DNA of 64,000 nucleotides from positions 21,199 through 85,198 of the forward strand of contig JAEUKP010000008.1 of the NCBI GenBank assembly GCA_016794145.1. Direction: 5' to 3'. The stretch is from Alphaproteobacteria bacterium. GTDB lineage: Bacteria > Pseudomonadota > Alphaproteobacteria > Micavibrionales > Micavibrionaceae. The notes below the pieces were generated by a model. It did no database searches. It saw only the letters and a list, made by a program, of their open reading frames with translations, and had not been told where the DNA came from. The number at the start of each line of letters is the position of its first letter. Positions within the stretch are counted from its first letter, which is position 1. Made by a program: the position numbers and the translations under genes. Of this stretch, positions 55,691-64,000 are shown piece after piece.

Positions 55691-55737
55691 AATAGCCACA
55701 TCAGAATGCTAGAGATTCTGAAACAGGAGCAATTCAG

Positions 55738-56775
55738 GTGAGAATCTTATATGTCGGAAATTCGGGGGGATTGGAAAATACAGCAAGATTTTATCTCTTT
55801 CCACCCCGCCTCATCAACGGATTTATAAGGAACGGTCATCAGGTTCAAGTCTTTAACGACAAAGATGTTGCCAGGCTATCGAACCCCTTCCGATCCAGTC
55901 GCTTGGGGCTCGCCAAAACAAACGCATTGTTACTGAACCATTGCCGTGAGTATATGCCTGAATTGGTTATTTTGGCGCATTGCCAGTTCATAGAAAACGA
56001 GACTGTTTCGGAAATCAGAAAAATATGTCCCCATGTCAAAGTGATTCACCTCAATGTTGATCCGTTATCAGACAGAGAGAATTGTGCCCGCATTCAAAAC
56101 AGGGTCGGATCTGTGGACGGTATTTTCATCACAACAGCTGGTCAAGCTCTTCAACCATTTTCCAACACATTTACCTTCGCAGCTTTTATTCCAAACCTTG
56201 TAGATTTATCGATTGATACAGGGAAAGCCTTTGAAACAAAAGAATTTACCACAGATTTATTCTTTGCAGCCGGAGCGATGAGAGAAGACGACCATCGCAA
56301 AGATCTTGTTTTAAAACTCTTACAGAAAACATCTGGCTTATCCATCGATATTTATGGGGCCGGAATTAATGACCGAAAAATTTTCGGGATGGCTTATATC
56401 AATAAATTAGCCTCTGCAAAAATGGGGCTTGTTATTAACAAGACAGAAGATTATTACCTGTATGCATCGGATAGAATGTCCCAATATATGGCAAACGGAC
56501 TCCTTGTATTTGCACATACCAAACCACGGTATACGGACCTATTCCATGCAGATGAATTTATCAGTTATGAAACCGTCGATGATTTGATTGAAAAAGTGAA
56601 TTATTATCATACCCATGATGAAGAGCGGATTACGATCGCAAAAAAAGGGTATGAGAAAATTCATGAAATTTTTCACAACCAACTGGTCGCAGACTATGTC
56701 ATAGATACAGTTTTTCACCGTAAAACCAGATCCTATCCATGGCCGTCAGAGCAATATAAAGGCGGATACACATGA
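55738..56775 (+). CDS. glycosyltransferase (CgeB/DUF3880-like, GT1-type C-terminal domain)
   Basis: MRILYVGN... N-terminal Rossmann half. The C-terminal YLYASDRMSQYMANGLLVFAH...FISYETVDDLIEKVNYY..DEERITIAKKGYEKI resembles CgeB-type GT tails. GTG start. Confidence 0.6.
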   Translation: MRILYVGNSGGLENTARFYLFPPRLINGFIRNGHQVQVFNDKDVARLSNPFRSSRLGLAKTNALLLNHCREYMPELVILAHCQFIENETVSEIRKICPHVKVIHLNVDPLSDRENCARIQNRVGSVDGIFITTAGQALQPFSNTFTFAAFIPNLVDLSIDTGKAFETKEFTTDLFFAAGAMREDDHRKDLVLKLLQKTSGLSIDIYGAGINDRKIFGMAYINKLASAKMGLVINKTEDYYLYASDRMSQYMANGLLVFAHTKPRYTDLFHADEFISYETVDDLIEKVNYYHTHDEERITIAKKGYEKIHEIFHNQLVADYVIDTVFHRKTRSYPWPSEQYKGGYT

Positions 56776-57821
56776 GGAAAAACAGTTATAAGATAGCCTT
56801 AGTTGATTGTACAAAAAGCATTTATAACGAAGAAATATCTTCTGGAATGGCCCTTGGGGGGATTGAGCGATGTATTATTTCTCTGTCTCGGGCTCTATCT
56901 AACAAAGGTCATGACGTTCAAGTATTTGCACATGAACAATCCGAAAGTCATCATAACAATATCCGATGGGTTTCTAAATCACACCCAACCCCTTTCAAAG
57001 CAGATATTGTAATTGCCTGTAATGATCCAAAACTTTTTGATCTTTATGCTACAAACTCTAATCACTCCGGGTTTCAGGCATTTCTATGGCACCATAATCC
57101 CGTGGGTTTTTGGAAAACCCTCCGGAAAGGACGCCTTCTCCCTCTGTTAAAATGGAACCCAACGCATATTCTTTTAGGGACGGATCATCTTCTAACTTAT
57201 CCAAAGTGCCTGTCGTTTCAGAAGAAAATGATTATTGAACACGGGATTGAAGATAGTATTCTGGATTTTTCCCGGTCCTTGTCCGACTCTTCTCCACGAC
57301 CACCTCATGCGGCCTTTATCTCTCAAGCCTATAGAGGACTAGAAAATGTCATTGATCTTTGGAAGAAATATGTCTTTCCAGAATTTCCAAGCGCCAAATT
57401 ATTTATCTACAGCACCTATCCCGCTAAAGATAATAGTCTTGAATCATTTGGCATTACAATTCAAGGAAGATTGCCACGTCAGGATCTCCTCAACGAACTT
57501 TCAACAAAAAGAATAACACTTATCCCAGGACATGAAGATGAAACCTTTTGTTTATCGGCCATTGAAAGCCAATGTCTGGGGCTCCCTGTTATCTCATTCG
57601 GAATTGGGGCACTGAAAGAACGTATTCAAAATCAAGATGACGGTTTTTTGGTCAGCAGTGAAAAAGATTTTGCTGAAAAAATACTACTCCTCCTAAAAAA
57701 CGATGATGTCTGGTTAAGAATGAGTCAAAAAGCAAAAGAACATAACCTTACAGCCGCATGGTCTTATAAAGCAACACTCTGGGAATCTCTCTTTGAGGAT
57801 AATAATAATGATCAGGAATAG
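56772..57821 (+). CDS. glycosyltransferase family 4 (GT-B, E-x7-E)
   Basis: GGIERCIISLSRALSNKGHDVQVF is the N-terminal half. The C-terminal half is ETFCLSAIESQCLGLPVISFGIGALKERIQNQDDGFLV. An ATGA overlap links it to the upstream GT. Confidence 0.8.
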   Translation: MRKNSYKIALVDCTKSIYNEEISSGMALGGIERCIISLSRALSNKGHDVQVFAHEQSESHHNNIRWVSKSHPTPFKADIVIACNDPKLFDLYATNSNHSGFQAFLWHHNPVGFWKTLRKGRLLPLLKWNPTHILLGTDHLLTYPKCLSFQKKMIIEHGIEDSILDFSRSLSDSSPRPPHAAFISQAYRGLENVIDLWKKYVFPEFPSAKLFIYSTYPAKDNSLESFGITIQGRLPRQDLLNELSTKRITLIPGHEDETFCLSAIESQCLGLPVISFGIGALKERIQNQDDGFLVSSEKDFAEKILLLLKNDDVWLRMSQKAKEHNLTAAWSYKATLWESLFEDNNNDQE

Positions 57822-59043
57822 TCTTCTTACTCTCCAGATAGAACCTGTCCAAAAATTATATCAGGAAAATCGATCCTTATTCTTATCATCTCTTTTTATT
57901 CCTGTGATTGCACCATTATTTTTTTATTGTCCTACATCAATTTTACGCACACTATTCTATATCTCTATTCCATTTCTTGTTACATTAGTGATCAAGAACA
58001 AACAGGCCATTTGGGGCCTGTTGTCGCAGGATAAAATAACATGGGGGGTCTTGGCTTTATTTTCCGTGTACATGAGCACCTCTGTCCTCTGGTCATCGGA
58101 TGCCGAGATTTCTCGTTATTTTTCAAAAGGAAAATTATCTCTTATTCTCGGCCTGACGACGATTTCAACTTTTTATATCTCGTATCGATTTCCAAAATTT
58201 TCTGACATTCTAAAAAATTCCTATATTTTGGGGGCAACATCATCCGCTATTATCCTCATCATTCATTATCTTTTAACCCATGGATTTTCTCTCCCCACAG
58301 AGAGATTGGAAGGCCTTGGAAGAGCCACAAACCCTGTTCAGGCATCGCTCCTTTACGGGCTGGCAGTGATTGCAATCATTTTTGGGAAACTTCCATTCCA
58401 GCATACCCGTCGGCAAGTTTATATTCTAAAAATGGCAATGATACTGCCCTCTCTTGTTATTATTTTGATGACTCAATCAAGAGGTCCCTTTCTTGCTCTT
58501 CTCCTCACTCTTGTGATCATTTTTATTCTTCAATCGCGAAATAGGATTAAAGCTTTTTCATGCGGCCTGATTGCGATTATACTGGTGTCTGTTTCTGTTT
58601 ATGGGGCTTTTAAAAACACAGATATTCTAAACCGGAAAACGACAGGCCGTTTTCAAATCTGGCAAACAGCAATCAGCCAAATCAAAGAGCACCCAATCAT
58701 TGGCCATGGTCTTGCGACCAATAACCGTTACCATTATACAAAAGATGATGGAACTGTGATGGAGGCGAGCCATATCCACAGCCTATACCTTAGCACCGCC
58801 TTCCAAGGGGGCCTTATCGGCCTTGGGCTTTTGATCTGGATCTATTATTTATTCGCCATAAAATACATAGACCTTATTCGAAAGAAGGTGATGGATCACA
58901 TGTGGATTGGTGGCTGGGTTTTGATGGGCGCAGCATTCGGGATTGCGGACTTTGGGGGAATCGTGATCAACCTCAGCACTGAATGGCTGGTTTTCTGGTG
59001 GCCCATCGGACTTCTATGGGGGCAAATGGCACGCAGACCTTAA
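57808..59043 (+). CDS. O-antigen ligase/polymerase-family membrane protein (Wzy_C)
   Basis: About 10-12 TM segments, with LMTQSRGPFLALLLTL and a periplasmic loop GHGLATNN...ASHIHSLYLSTAFQGGLIG typical of the family. ATG 57808 follows GAGGA. Confidence 0.8.
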   Translation: MIRNSLLTLQIEPVQKLYQENRSLFLSSLFIPVIAPLFFYCPTSILRTLFYISIPFLVTLVIKNKQAIWGLLSQDKITWGVLALFSVYMSTSVLWSSDAEISRYFSKGKLSLILGLTTISTFYISYRFPKFSDILKNSYILGATSSAIILIIHYLLTHGFSLPTERLEGLGRATNPVQASLLYGLAVIAIIFGKLPFQHTRRQVYILKMAMILPSLVIILMTQSRGPFLALLLTLVIIFILQSRNRIKAFSCGLIAIILVSVSVYGAFKNTDILNRKTTGRFQIWQTAISQIKEHPIIGHGLATNNRYHYTKDDGTVMEASHIHSLYLSTAFQGGLIGLGLLIWIYYLFAIKYIDLIRKKVMDHMWIGGWVLMGAAFGIADFGGIVINLSTEWLVFWWPIGLLWGQMARRP

Positions 59044-59047
59044 GGCT

Positions 59048-60160
59048 TTAGGCGATACCACAGTGCCCCGAAAAATTCGGGCTCTGCGGCACAGTCGATT
59101 CCATTATGAAGGCCTGAGCACAGTTTTCTGTCCCCCTCCCTGCGCAATTGAACAGAGGAACAAGAACATAACGATTCCCCTTGTCTTTTTGTTCTTGAGC
59201 GGCAGAAGTGATGAGGCCCTCAATTTTTTCTTTCGCACCCTCATCTCCATCCAAGAAGACAAAGAGAGCTTGATACAATTCAGATTTTTGGGCTGCAAGC
59301 ATCTCGTTTATAAGAGCACGATCACGAGCTTCCGCCAATGAAACTATCTGCCCTGGATCCAATTTTTCAAGAATGACACCAAGAATAGAAGGAGCCTCAT
59401 CAAACTCAAAAATAGTCTCCCACTGACCTGCTTCAGACATCATTGAAATCCAGTTTTCCGGCTTAAGGTGCGCTGCCAGAGCCCCATTTAAAGGGGTGCT
59501 ATTGTCTAGAAGAAAATTCGTTAATAAATTTTGCTCTGATAGTTCCTGTGCAATATCCTCAGATGGCACCCCCTCTAAGAAAGCATTTATTCTATCATTG
59601 ATCGAACCATCCTCTTCTTTGATCCAAGGACTCCAGCAAATTACCGTGCGAAGAAGGGTCTTTTTAAAAACATCCAGATAGGCTCCCGCAGAAACGGCCT
59701 CAATATCCTTGCGTAAAATCGGAATCGCACCGAATTTACCATTTAGTATTGCCAACTGGATTAAAGATTCAAGATTTGCTTTTTTCTCAGCCTGATTATG
59801 GTGCGCCAAAACCTCATTTACACGGTCAGAAAGGGTTGGTAAATCAGAAAAGATGAGGGGATCTCTTATTTCATTTTCGAGTAACTCTTTATAATCATCA
59901 CCCAAAAAAACCCGCATATAACGGATATGTTCTGGGGTCAGGAAACTGATAATATGTTGAAAAGGAGTGATCCCACCTACCTCGTAGGAATAAAAAAATT
60001 CCATACGGTCTTCATCAGACCCAAGAGTCAGAAGAAAATCTCTTAAGTCCTGTGCACTACCAGGACCCTCTTTAGGAAACTTCTGATAAAAGGCTTTGTG
60101 AGCAGACAGCAATTTGCGTTCGGCCCAAAATTCGAAAACGCGCGCCAGGCCAAGAATCAT
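59048..60160 (-). CDS. hypothetical protein (370 aa, orphan)
   Basis: Long ORF with helical-looking composition. No signal peptide or TM segment, and no recognised motif. Confidence 0.55.
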   Translation of the reverse strand: MILGLARVFEFWAERKLLSAHKAFYQKFPKEGPGSAQDLRDFLLTLGSDEDRMEFFYSYEVGGITPFQHIISFLTPEHIRYMRVFLGDDYKELLENEIRDPLIFSDLPTLSDRVNEVLAHHNQAEKKANLESLIQLAILNGKFGAIPILRKDIEAVSAGAYLDVFKKTLLRTVICWSPWIKEEDGSINDRINAFLEGVPSEDIAQELSEQNLLTNFLLDNSTPLNGALAAHLKPENWISMMSEAGQWETIFEFDEAPSILGVILEKLDPGQIVSLAEARDRALINEMLAAQKSELYQALFVFLDGDEGAKEKIEGLITSAAQEQKDKGNRYVLVPLFNCAGRGTENCAQAFIMESTVPQSPNFSGHCGIA

Positions 60161-60280
60161 ATCATTCTCCTAACAATTATTAATTTGGGGATGGTTTAAC
60201 ATAGAAATGATTTAATTGTCAATAATTATGACTACTTTGTCTCATTCCTAATGAAAAACCAGGTTCGTACCTGGATACCC

Positions 60281-60853
60281 TCAATCAATAATATAACAGA
60301 TATCGATTACTTCAATTGACTCAACGCGCCCTTCCAGACGAACATCAACAACATCGCCAACCCGCGCTTTCATCAAAGCGCGCCCGACAGGGGACACCCA
60401 ATTGACCTTTCCTTTATCCATATCGGCCTCATCTACCCCGACCAGTTTTATCGTCAGTTCTGTACTATCTTCGCGAAGATAGGTCACTGTTGCTCCAAAA
60501 AAAACCTGTTCGATCCCCTGCTGTTGCCGTGGATCAACAACTTCTGCATCTTCTGTCCTCTTCATCAAATACCGAACACGGCGATCAATTTCGCGCAATT
60601 TCTTTTTGTTATAAAGATAATCTCCGTTTTCGGATCTATCCCCATTTCCAGCTGCCCAAGAGACAATCTCCACAATTTTAGGACGTTCGCGATGTAACAA
60701 ATGGAACAATTCATCCTGAAGGGATTTGAGCCCGACAGGAGTCATAAGGTTTTTTAATCCTGGCGGCAGGGGCAAAGGCTCATCCAAAAGATCTTCAAAA
60801 GAATCATTTTCTGGATCATTTCCATCTGTATCTTTGGTAAACGCTTTGCTCAT
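60281..60853 (-). CDS. greB: transcript cleavage factor GreB (with an acidic N-terminal extension)
   Basis: VSWAAGNGDRSENGDYLYNKKKLREIDRRVRYL and FFGATV...VNWVSPVGRALMKARVGDVV are GreB signatures. About 30 extra acidic residues lie at the N-terminus. Confidence 0.85.
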   Translation of the reverse strand: MSKAFTKDTDGNDPENDSFEDLLDEPLPLPPGLKNLMTPVGLKSLQDELFHLLHRERPKIVEIVSWAAGNGDRSENGDYLYNKKKLREIDRRVRYLMKRTEDAEVVDPRQQQGIEQVFFGATVTYLREDSTELTIKLVGVDEADMDKGKVNWVSPVGRALMKARVGDVVDVRLEGRVESIEVIDICYIID

Positions 60854-60912
60854 TTCTGTAGAATATTATAAATTTTCTGGCATTTCCAATGTTTTTCAGG
60901 CATTTTCGCCCC

Positions 60913-61149
60913 ATGGAACAAAACAGATTAACAGAAATTGAAATGGCCCTATCAAACCAGGCCAAAGAAATTCAGGATTTGAGTGATATTGTCTACCAAC
61001 AGGGGAAAGAAATAGCACGTCTTAACCGCCAATTGGAAACAACCAAACAGCAATTGATCGATATTGAATCAGGCACCAAAGACGCTAAATCAGAAATCGG
61101 TTTGTCTGGCTTGGAAATTGCGGTTCTTAATAAGCCGCCACACTATTAA
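60913..61149 (+). CDS. slyX: SlyX-family coiled-coil protein
   Basis: MEQNRLTEIEMALSNQAKEIQDLSDIVYQQGKEIARLNRQLE matches the SlyX pattern. The start is taken at the internal ATG 60913. Confidence 0.7.
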   Translation: MEQNRLTEIEMALSNQAKEIQDLSDIVYQQGKEIARLNRQLETTKQQLIDIESGTKDAKSEIGLSGLEIAVLNKPPHY

Positions 61150-61180
61150 ATACATGTAAATATATGGCACTGAACCCATA

Positions 61181-62143
61181 ATGCAGAGTGACCTTCCCTT
61201 CTCAACACCTGTTTTTCTGGCACCGATGTCAGGAGTGACAGACCTTCCAATGCGCCGTCTGGTGAAACGATACGGAGCAGGAATGGTTTTCTCCGAAATG
61301 ATTGCTTCACGTATGATGGTCAATGAAATGCGCCACGAACAACGCCATAGAACAAATTATGTTGATGAGTTCCCACTCGCTGCGCAAATTGCAGGATGTG
61401 AGCCCGATGTCATGGCAGAGGCCGCGCAATTAAATGAAGCGCGGGGAGCCTCGATGATCGATATTAATTTTGGTTGCCCTGTTAAAAAGGTTGTCAATGC
61501 GATGGCAGGATCTGCCTTGATGCGGAATATTCCACTTGCTGCACAAATTATGGAATCAGTTGTCAAAGCCGTTCAGATTCCTGTCAGTATCAAAATGAGA
61601 TTGGGATGGGACCATACATCAATCAATGCCCCGATCCTTGCCCGCATTGCCGAAGGTATCGGAATACGGATGATTACCGTCCATGGCCGGACACGGTGTC
61701 AATTATATGATGGCGAAGCGGATTGGGCCGCTGTCCGCGCGGTCAAAGAGGCTGTTCATATCCCTGTGATTGTAAATGGAGACATTAAAACCTATGAAGA
61801 TGCACAGATAGCCCGTGAAAAGTCAGGTGCAGATGGCGTCATGATCGGGCGGGCTGCCAATGGAAGACCATGGGCCCTTGGCCAGATTATACACAACATC
61901 CCACCCCCGCCAGAGGCTGAAATCAGGTCTGTTATCATTGAACACTATGATTCTCTCTTGAGCCATTACGGAGCCACTCAAGGTCTTAGAATTGCGCGGA
62001 AACATCTGAGATGGTATTTTGAAAATATTGGGTATCCCGCAGATTATTTAAGTCAAATTTATACCTCAACAGACCCAACCGAGGTTCATCAGCTTTTAGA
62101 CACCCTTCCTGTATTTTCAGAAAAACAATCTATTCAGCAATAG
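61181..62143 (+). CDS. dusB: tRNA-dihydrouridine synthase B (NifR3 family)
   Basis: [17 protein letters not shown]...[12 protein letters not shown]...TVHGRTR...NGDI are Dus motifs. Confidence 0.9.
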   Translation: MQSDLPFSTPVFLAPMSGVTDLPMRRLVKRYGAGMVFSEMIASRMMVNEMRHEQRHRTNYVDEFPLAAQIAGCEPDVMAEAAQLNEARGASMIDINFGCPVKKVVNAMAGSALMRNIPLAAQIMESVVKAVQIPVSIKMRLGWDHTSINAPILARIAEGIGIRMITVHGRTRCQLYDGEADWAAVRAVKEAVHIPVIVNGDIKTYEDAQIAREKSGADGVMIGRAANGRPWALGQIIHNIPPPPEAEIRSVIIEHYDSLLSHYGATQGLRIARKHLRWYFENIGYPADYLSQIYTSTDPTEVHQLLDTLPVFSEKQSIQQ

Positions 62144-62188
62144 ACTTTCATCTAATAATCTTTAAGATATGGATGATTGGAGAAAAAA

Positions 62189-63394
62189 ATGGAATCAGTC
62201 GATATTCTTAAAAATGTTGTCGATCTTAGCATGAGCTCTGTTGAGGTCAGTGTTTCAACGGCAAATATCTTATCCGGAACACGAGATGTACAAAATGCCT
62301 CCAGCTCAATGGCCAGCGCGACAGAAGAACTTGCGGCCTCTATCAGCGAAATAGAAGTTTCAGCCAACAGAACGATGGATGCGGTTACATTATCCACCCA
62401 ACTGACAAATGATGGATTGGGCGAGGTTAGCGATTTAAAGATAAATATTGAAAACACAGGCCGCGAATTCGAAACCGTTGCGATCAAAACAATTGATCTC
62501 CAGAATGTTGTCAGCAATCTGGGGAAAGTTGTTGACCTGATTGCAAAAATTGCCGGACAAACAAATCTCCTTGCCCTTAATGCAACAATAGAGGCTGCAA
62601 GAGCCGGAGAGCAAGGTCGTGGCTTTGCTGTCGTCGCAAGCGAAGTCAAAAACCTTTCCAAACAAACCAGCGAAGCGACAGATACTATTCGTACACAAAT
62701 CGCGCAATTGAATGCGTCCTTTGCCGATGTTCTGGGGTCTGTTTCAAAATCAAAAGAAACCATACAAGGCGTTATCACGCGTGCAGAAAAAGTGAGCCAT
62801 GATTTCGAAAGGATAAACAGTAACTCTGTTTCAATTTCAGATCAGGTCAGTGAATTGGCTGATATCATTTCACAACAAAAAGTGGCGGTTCAATTACTTG
62901 CCGAAAACATGTCGATTGTAAAAGATAAAGGAGAACTTAATCTGAAATCTGTTGAGGTCCTAGCCGATCAAACAGATAAAAGTGTTCAGCTGATTGAAAA
63001 CTGGCGATCAAAACTTTCCGACGAGGATATTGAAAACAAAGTCATTTATCTTGCCCAGGCCGACCATCTTTTGTGGAAAAAAAGATTGCTGGATATGGCT
63101 GTTGGACGATCAAATCTCAAAGCGAAAGACTTGACAGATCATACTTTGTGCCGATTAGGAAAATGGTATTATCAGTTATCAGACGCCCGGATCAAAAATT
63201 CTGTCTCTTTTATAAACATTGAAGCCCCGCATCAAAAAGTTCACCAATATGGAATCGAGGCTGCAAAACTTTTTGAAGCCAACCAAATTGAAAAGGGAAT
63301 GGAATTCTACAAACAGCTGGATACTGCCTCTGCAGATGTTATCCGTTGTCTTGAGAGTGTCATCATTGAAATCAAAAAATCTTCTGAAACATAG
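62189..63394 (+). CDS. soluble methyl-accepting chemotaxis-type protein with a C-terminal CZB (zinc-binding) domain (TlpD-like)
   Basis: MCP signalling hairpin [37 protein letters not shown] find no TM or HAMP segment. The C-terminal motif is HLLWKKRL...CRLGKWYY...HQKVH, the CZB His/Cys motif. Confidence 0.8.
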   Translation: MESVDILKNVVDLSMSSVEVSVSTANILSGTRDVQNASSSMASATEELAASISEIEVSANRTMDAVTLSTQLTNDGLGEVSDLKINIENTGREFETVAIKTIDLQNVVSNLGKVVDLIAKIAGQTNLLALNATIEAARAGEQGRGFAVVASEVKNLSKQTSEATDTIRTQIAQLNASFADVLGSVSKSKETIQGVITRAEKVSHDFERINSNSVSISDQVSELADIISQQKVAVQLLAENMSIVKDKGELNLKSVEVLADQTDKSVQLIENWRSKLSDEDIENKVIYLAQADHLLWKKRLLDMAVGRSNLKAKDLTDHTLCRLGKWYYQLSDARIKNSVSFINIEAPHQKVHQYGIEAAKLFEANQIEKGMEFYKQLDTASADVIRCLESVIIEIKKSSET

Positions 63395-63433
63395 GCTCCA
63401 GAATACAGGCTCCAGAAGGGATATAAATAAAAA

Positions 63434-64000
63434 ATGATCAAAATTACATATAGAAATGGTCATGAAACCGTCTCAGATGACTGGCAGATAACGGACCCTC
63501 TCCCTGATGGCTTGTTCTGGATGGACATGGTCGCACCAACAGCAGATGAACATCTCGCCGTCGAAAAAAGACTCAGTATTGAAATCCCATCCAAAACAGA
63601 GGTCTGGAAAAATAATGTTCTAAATCGCCTGTATGTCGAAGAAGATGTTGCCTATATGACAGCATCATTGATTTCAAAATCTGACAGCCCGTATCCAACA
63701 ACATCGGCTGTCACTTTTATCATGGCAAAACAATTTATGTTGACAGTCCATGACATTTCGCCAACCTCTTTCAAGAATTTTTCAAGCCGACTGCTGCGCC
63801 CTCACGAAAAATTTCATACATCAGCGCATCTTTTGACGGGCCTCTTCGAAGAAATCATCAGCCGCGTTGCGTTTAACTCTGAATTGGTTGTTTCTTCGCT
63901 CGATGAAGTTTCTCATGATGTTTTCGGCGTCAATGTTCTGGATAAGCGGGTTAAAAAATCGAGCGAGTTTTTAAAACGCGCGATTAAAAAACTGGGGGGC
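63434..64000 (+). CDS. corA: CorA-family divalent cation transporter (N-terminal part; runs off the window)
   Basis: Hand-translated as MIKITYRNGHETVSDDWQITDPLPDGLFWMDMVAPTADEHLAVEKRLSIEIPSK...FIMAKQFMLTVHD...LLTGLFEEIISR.... This fits the CorA cytoplasmic domain pattern. The ORF is open to position 64000. Confidence 0.7.
   Translation, partial: MIKITYRNGHETVSDDWQITDPLPDGLFWMDMVAPTADEHLAVEKRLSIEIPSKTEVWKNNVLNRLYVEEDVAYMTASLISKSDSPYPTTSAVTFIMAKQFMLTVHDISPTSFKNFSSRLLRPHEKFHTSAHLLTGLFEEIISRVAFNSELVVSSLDEVSHDVFGVNVLDKRVKKSSEFLKRAIKKLGG

Noticed and set aside
53744-60160. A classical integrase-mediated genomic island at tRNA-Leu(CAA)
   Set aside because: There is no integrase gene, and I did not spot a direct repeat of the tRNA 3' end by eye. 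It is retained only as a compositional/accessory block.

Overview
This is a 64-kb chromosomal segment. Its gene content and local gene orders (plsY-dprA-topA, flp-cpaABCD, acpP-fabF, hflKC, ftsQA, maeB, dusB) fit an alphaproteobacterium best; that taxon call is an inference made by eye. I support about 55 protein genes, including ndk and corA truncated at the two window edges. There are also two tRNA-Leu genes, three Rho-independent terminators and at least three families of palindromic (REP/MITE-like) repeats. The window looks like a mosaic of GC-richer housekeeping blocks (yejF-priA-tal-plsY-dprA-topA; dcd-murA-radC; surE-serS; mltG-fabF-acpP-mrp) and visibly AT-richer accessory blocks (tad pilus genes; orphan block 20.6-25.2 kb; glycan/orphan block 54.5-60.2 kb). 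The most unusual feature is priA. The replication-restart helicase ORF stays open for 950 codons because a complete DUF559 (Vsr-like PD-(D/E)XK) nuclease domain is inserted in frame in the linker between the N-terminal DNA-binding region and the winged-helix/helicase part. That domain has no start codon of its own and is bracketed by two near-identical, mutually inverted ~90-bp palindromic elements. Copies of the same palindrome family are scattered through intergenic DNA, and a longer repeat module sits directly upstream of both topA and murA. Other points worth following up:
- a FASTK/RAP-domain-like (eukaryote-type) protein heading a glycosyltransferase/O-antigen-ligase cluster
- an orphan PhzE-type fused chorismate-utilising enzyme
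- a tad locus lacking its ATPase and platform genes
- an isolated flhA followed by a lytic-transglycosylase-like gene
- a membrane-anchored small methyltransferase with FAM173-like architecture
- several large orphan ORFs
All functional calls come from motif recognition by eye. No database search was run.
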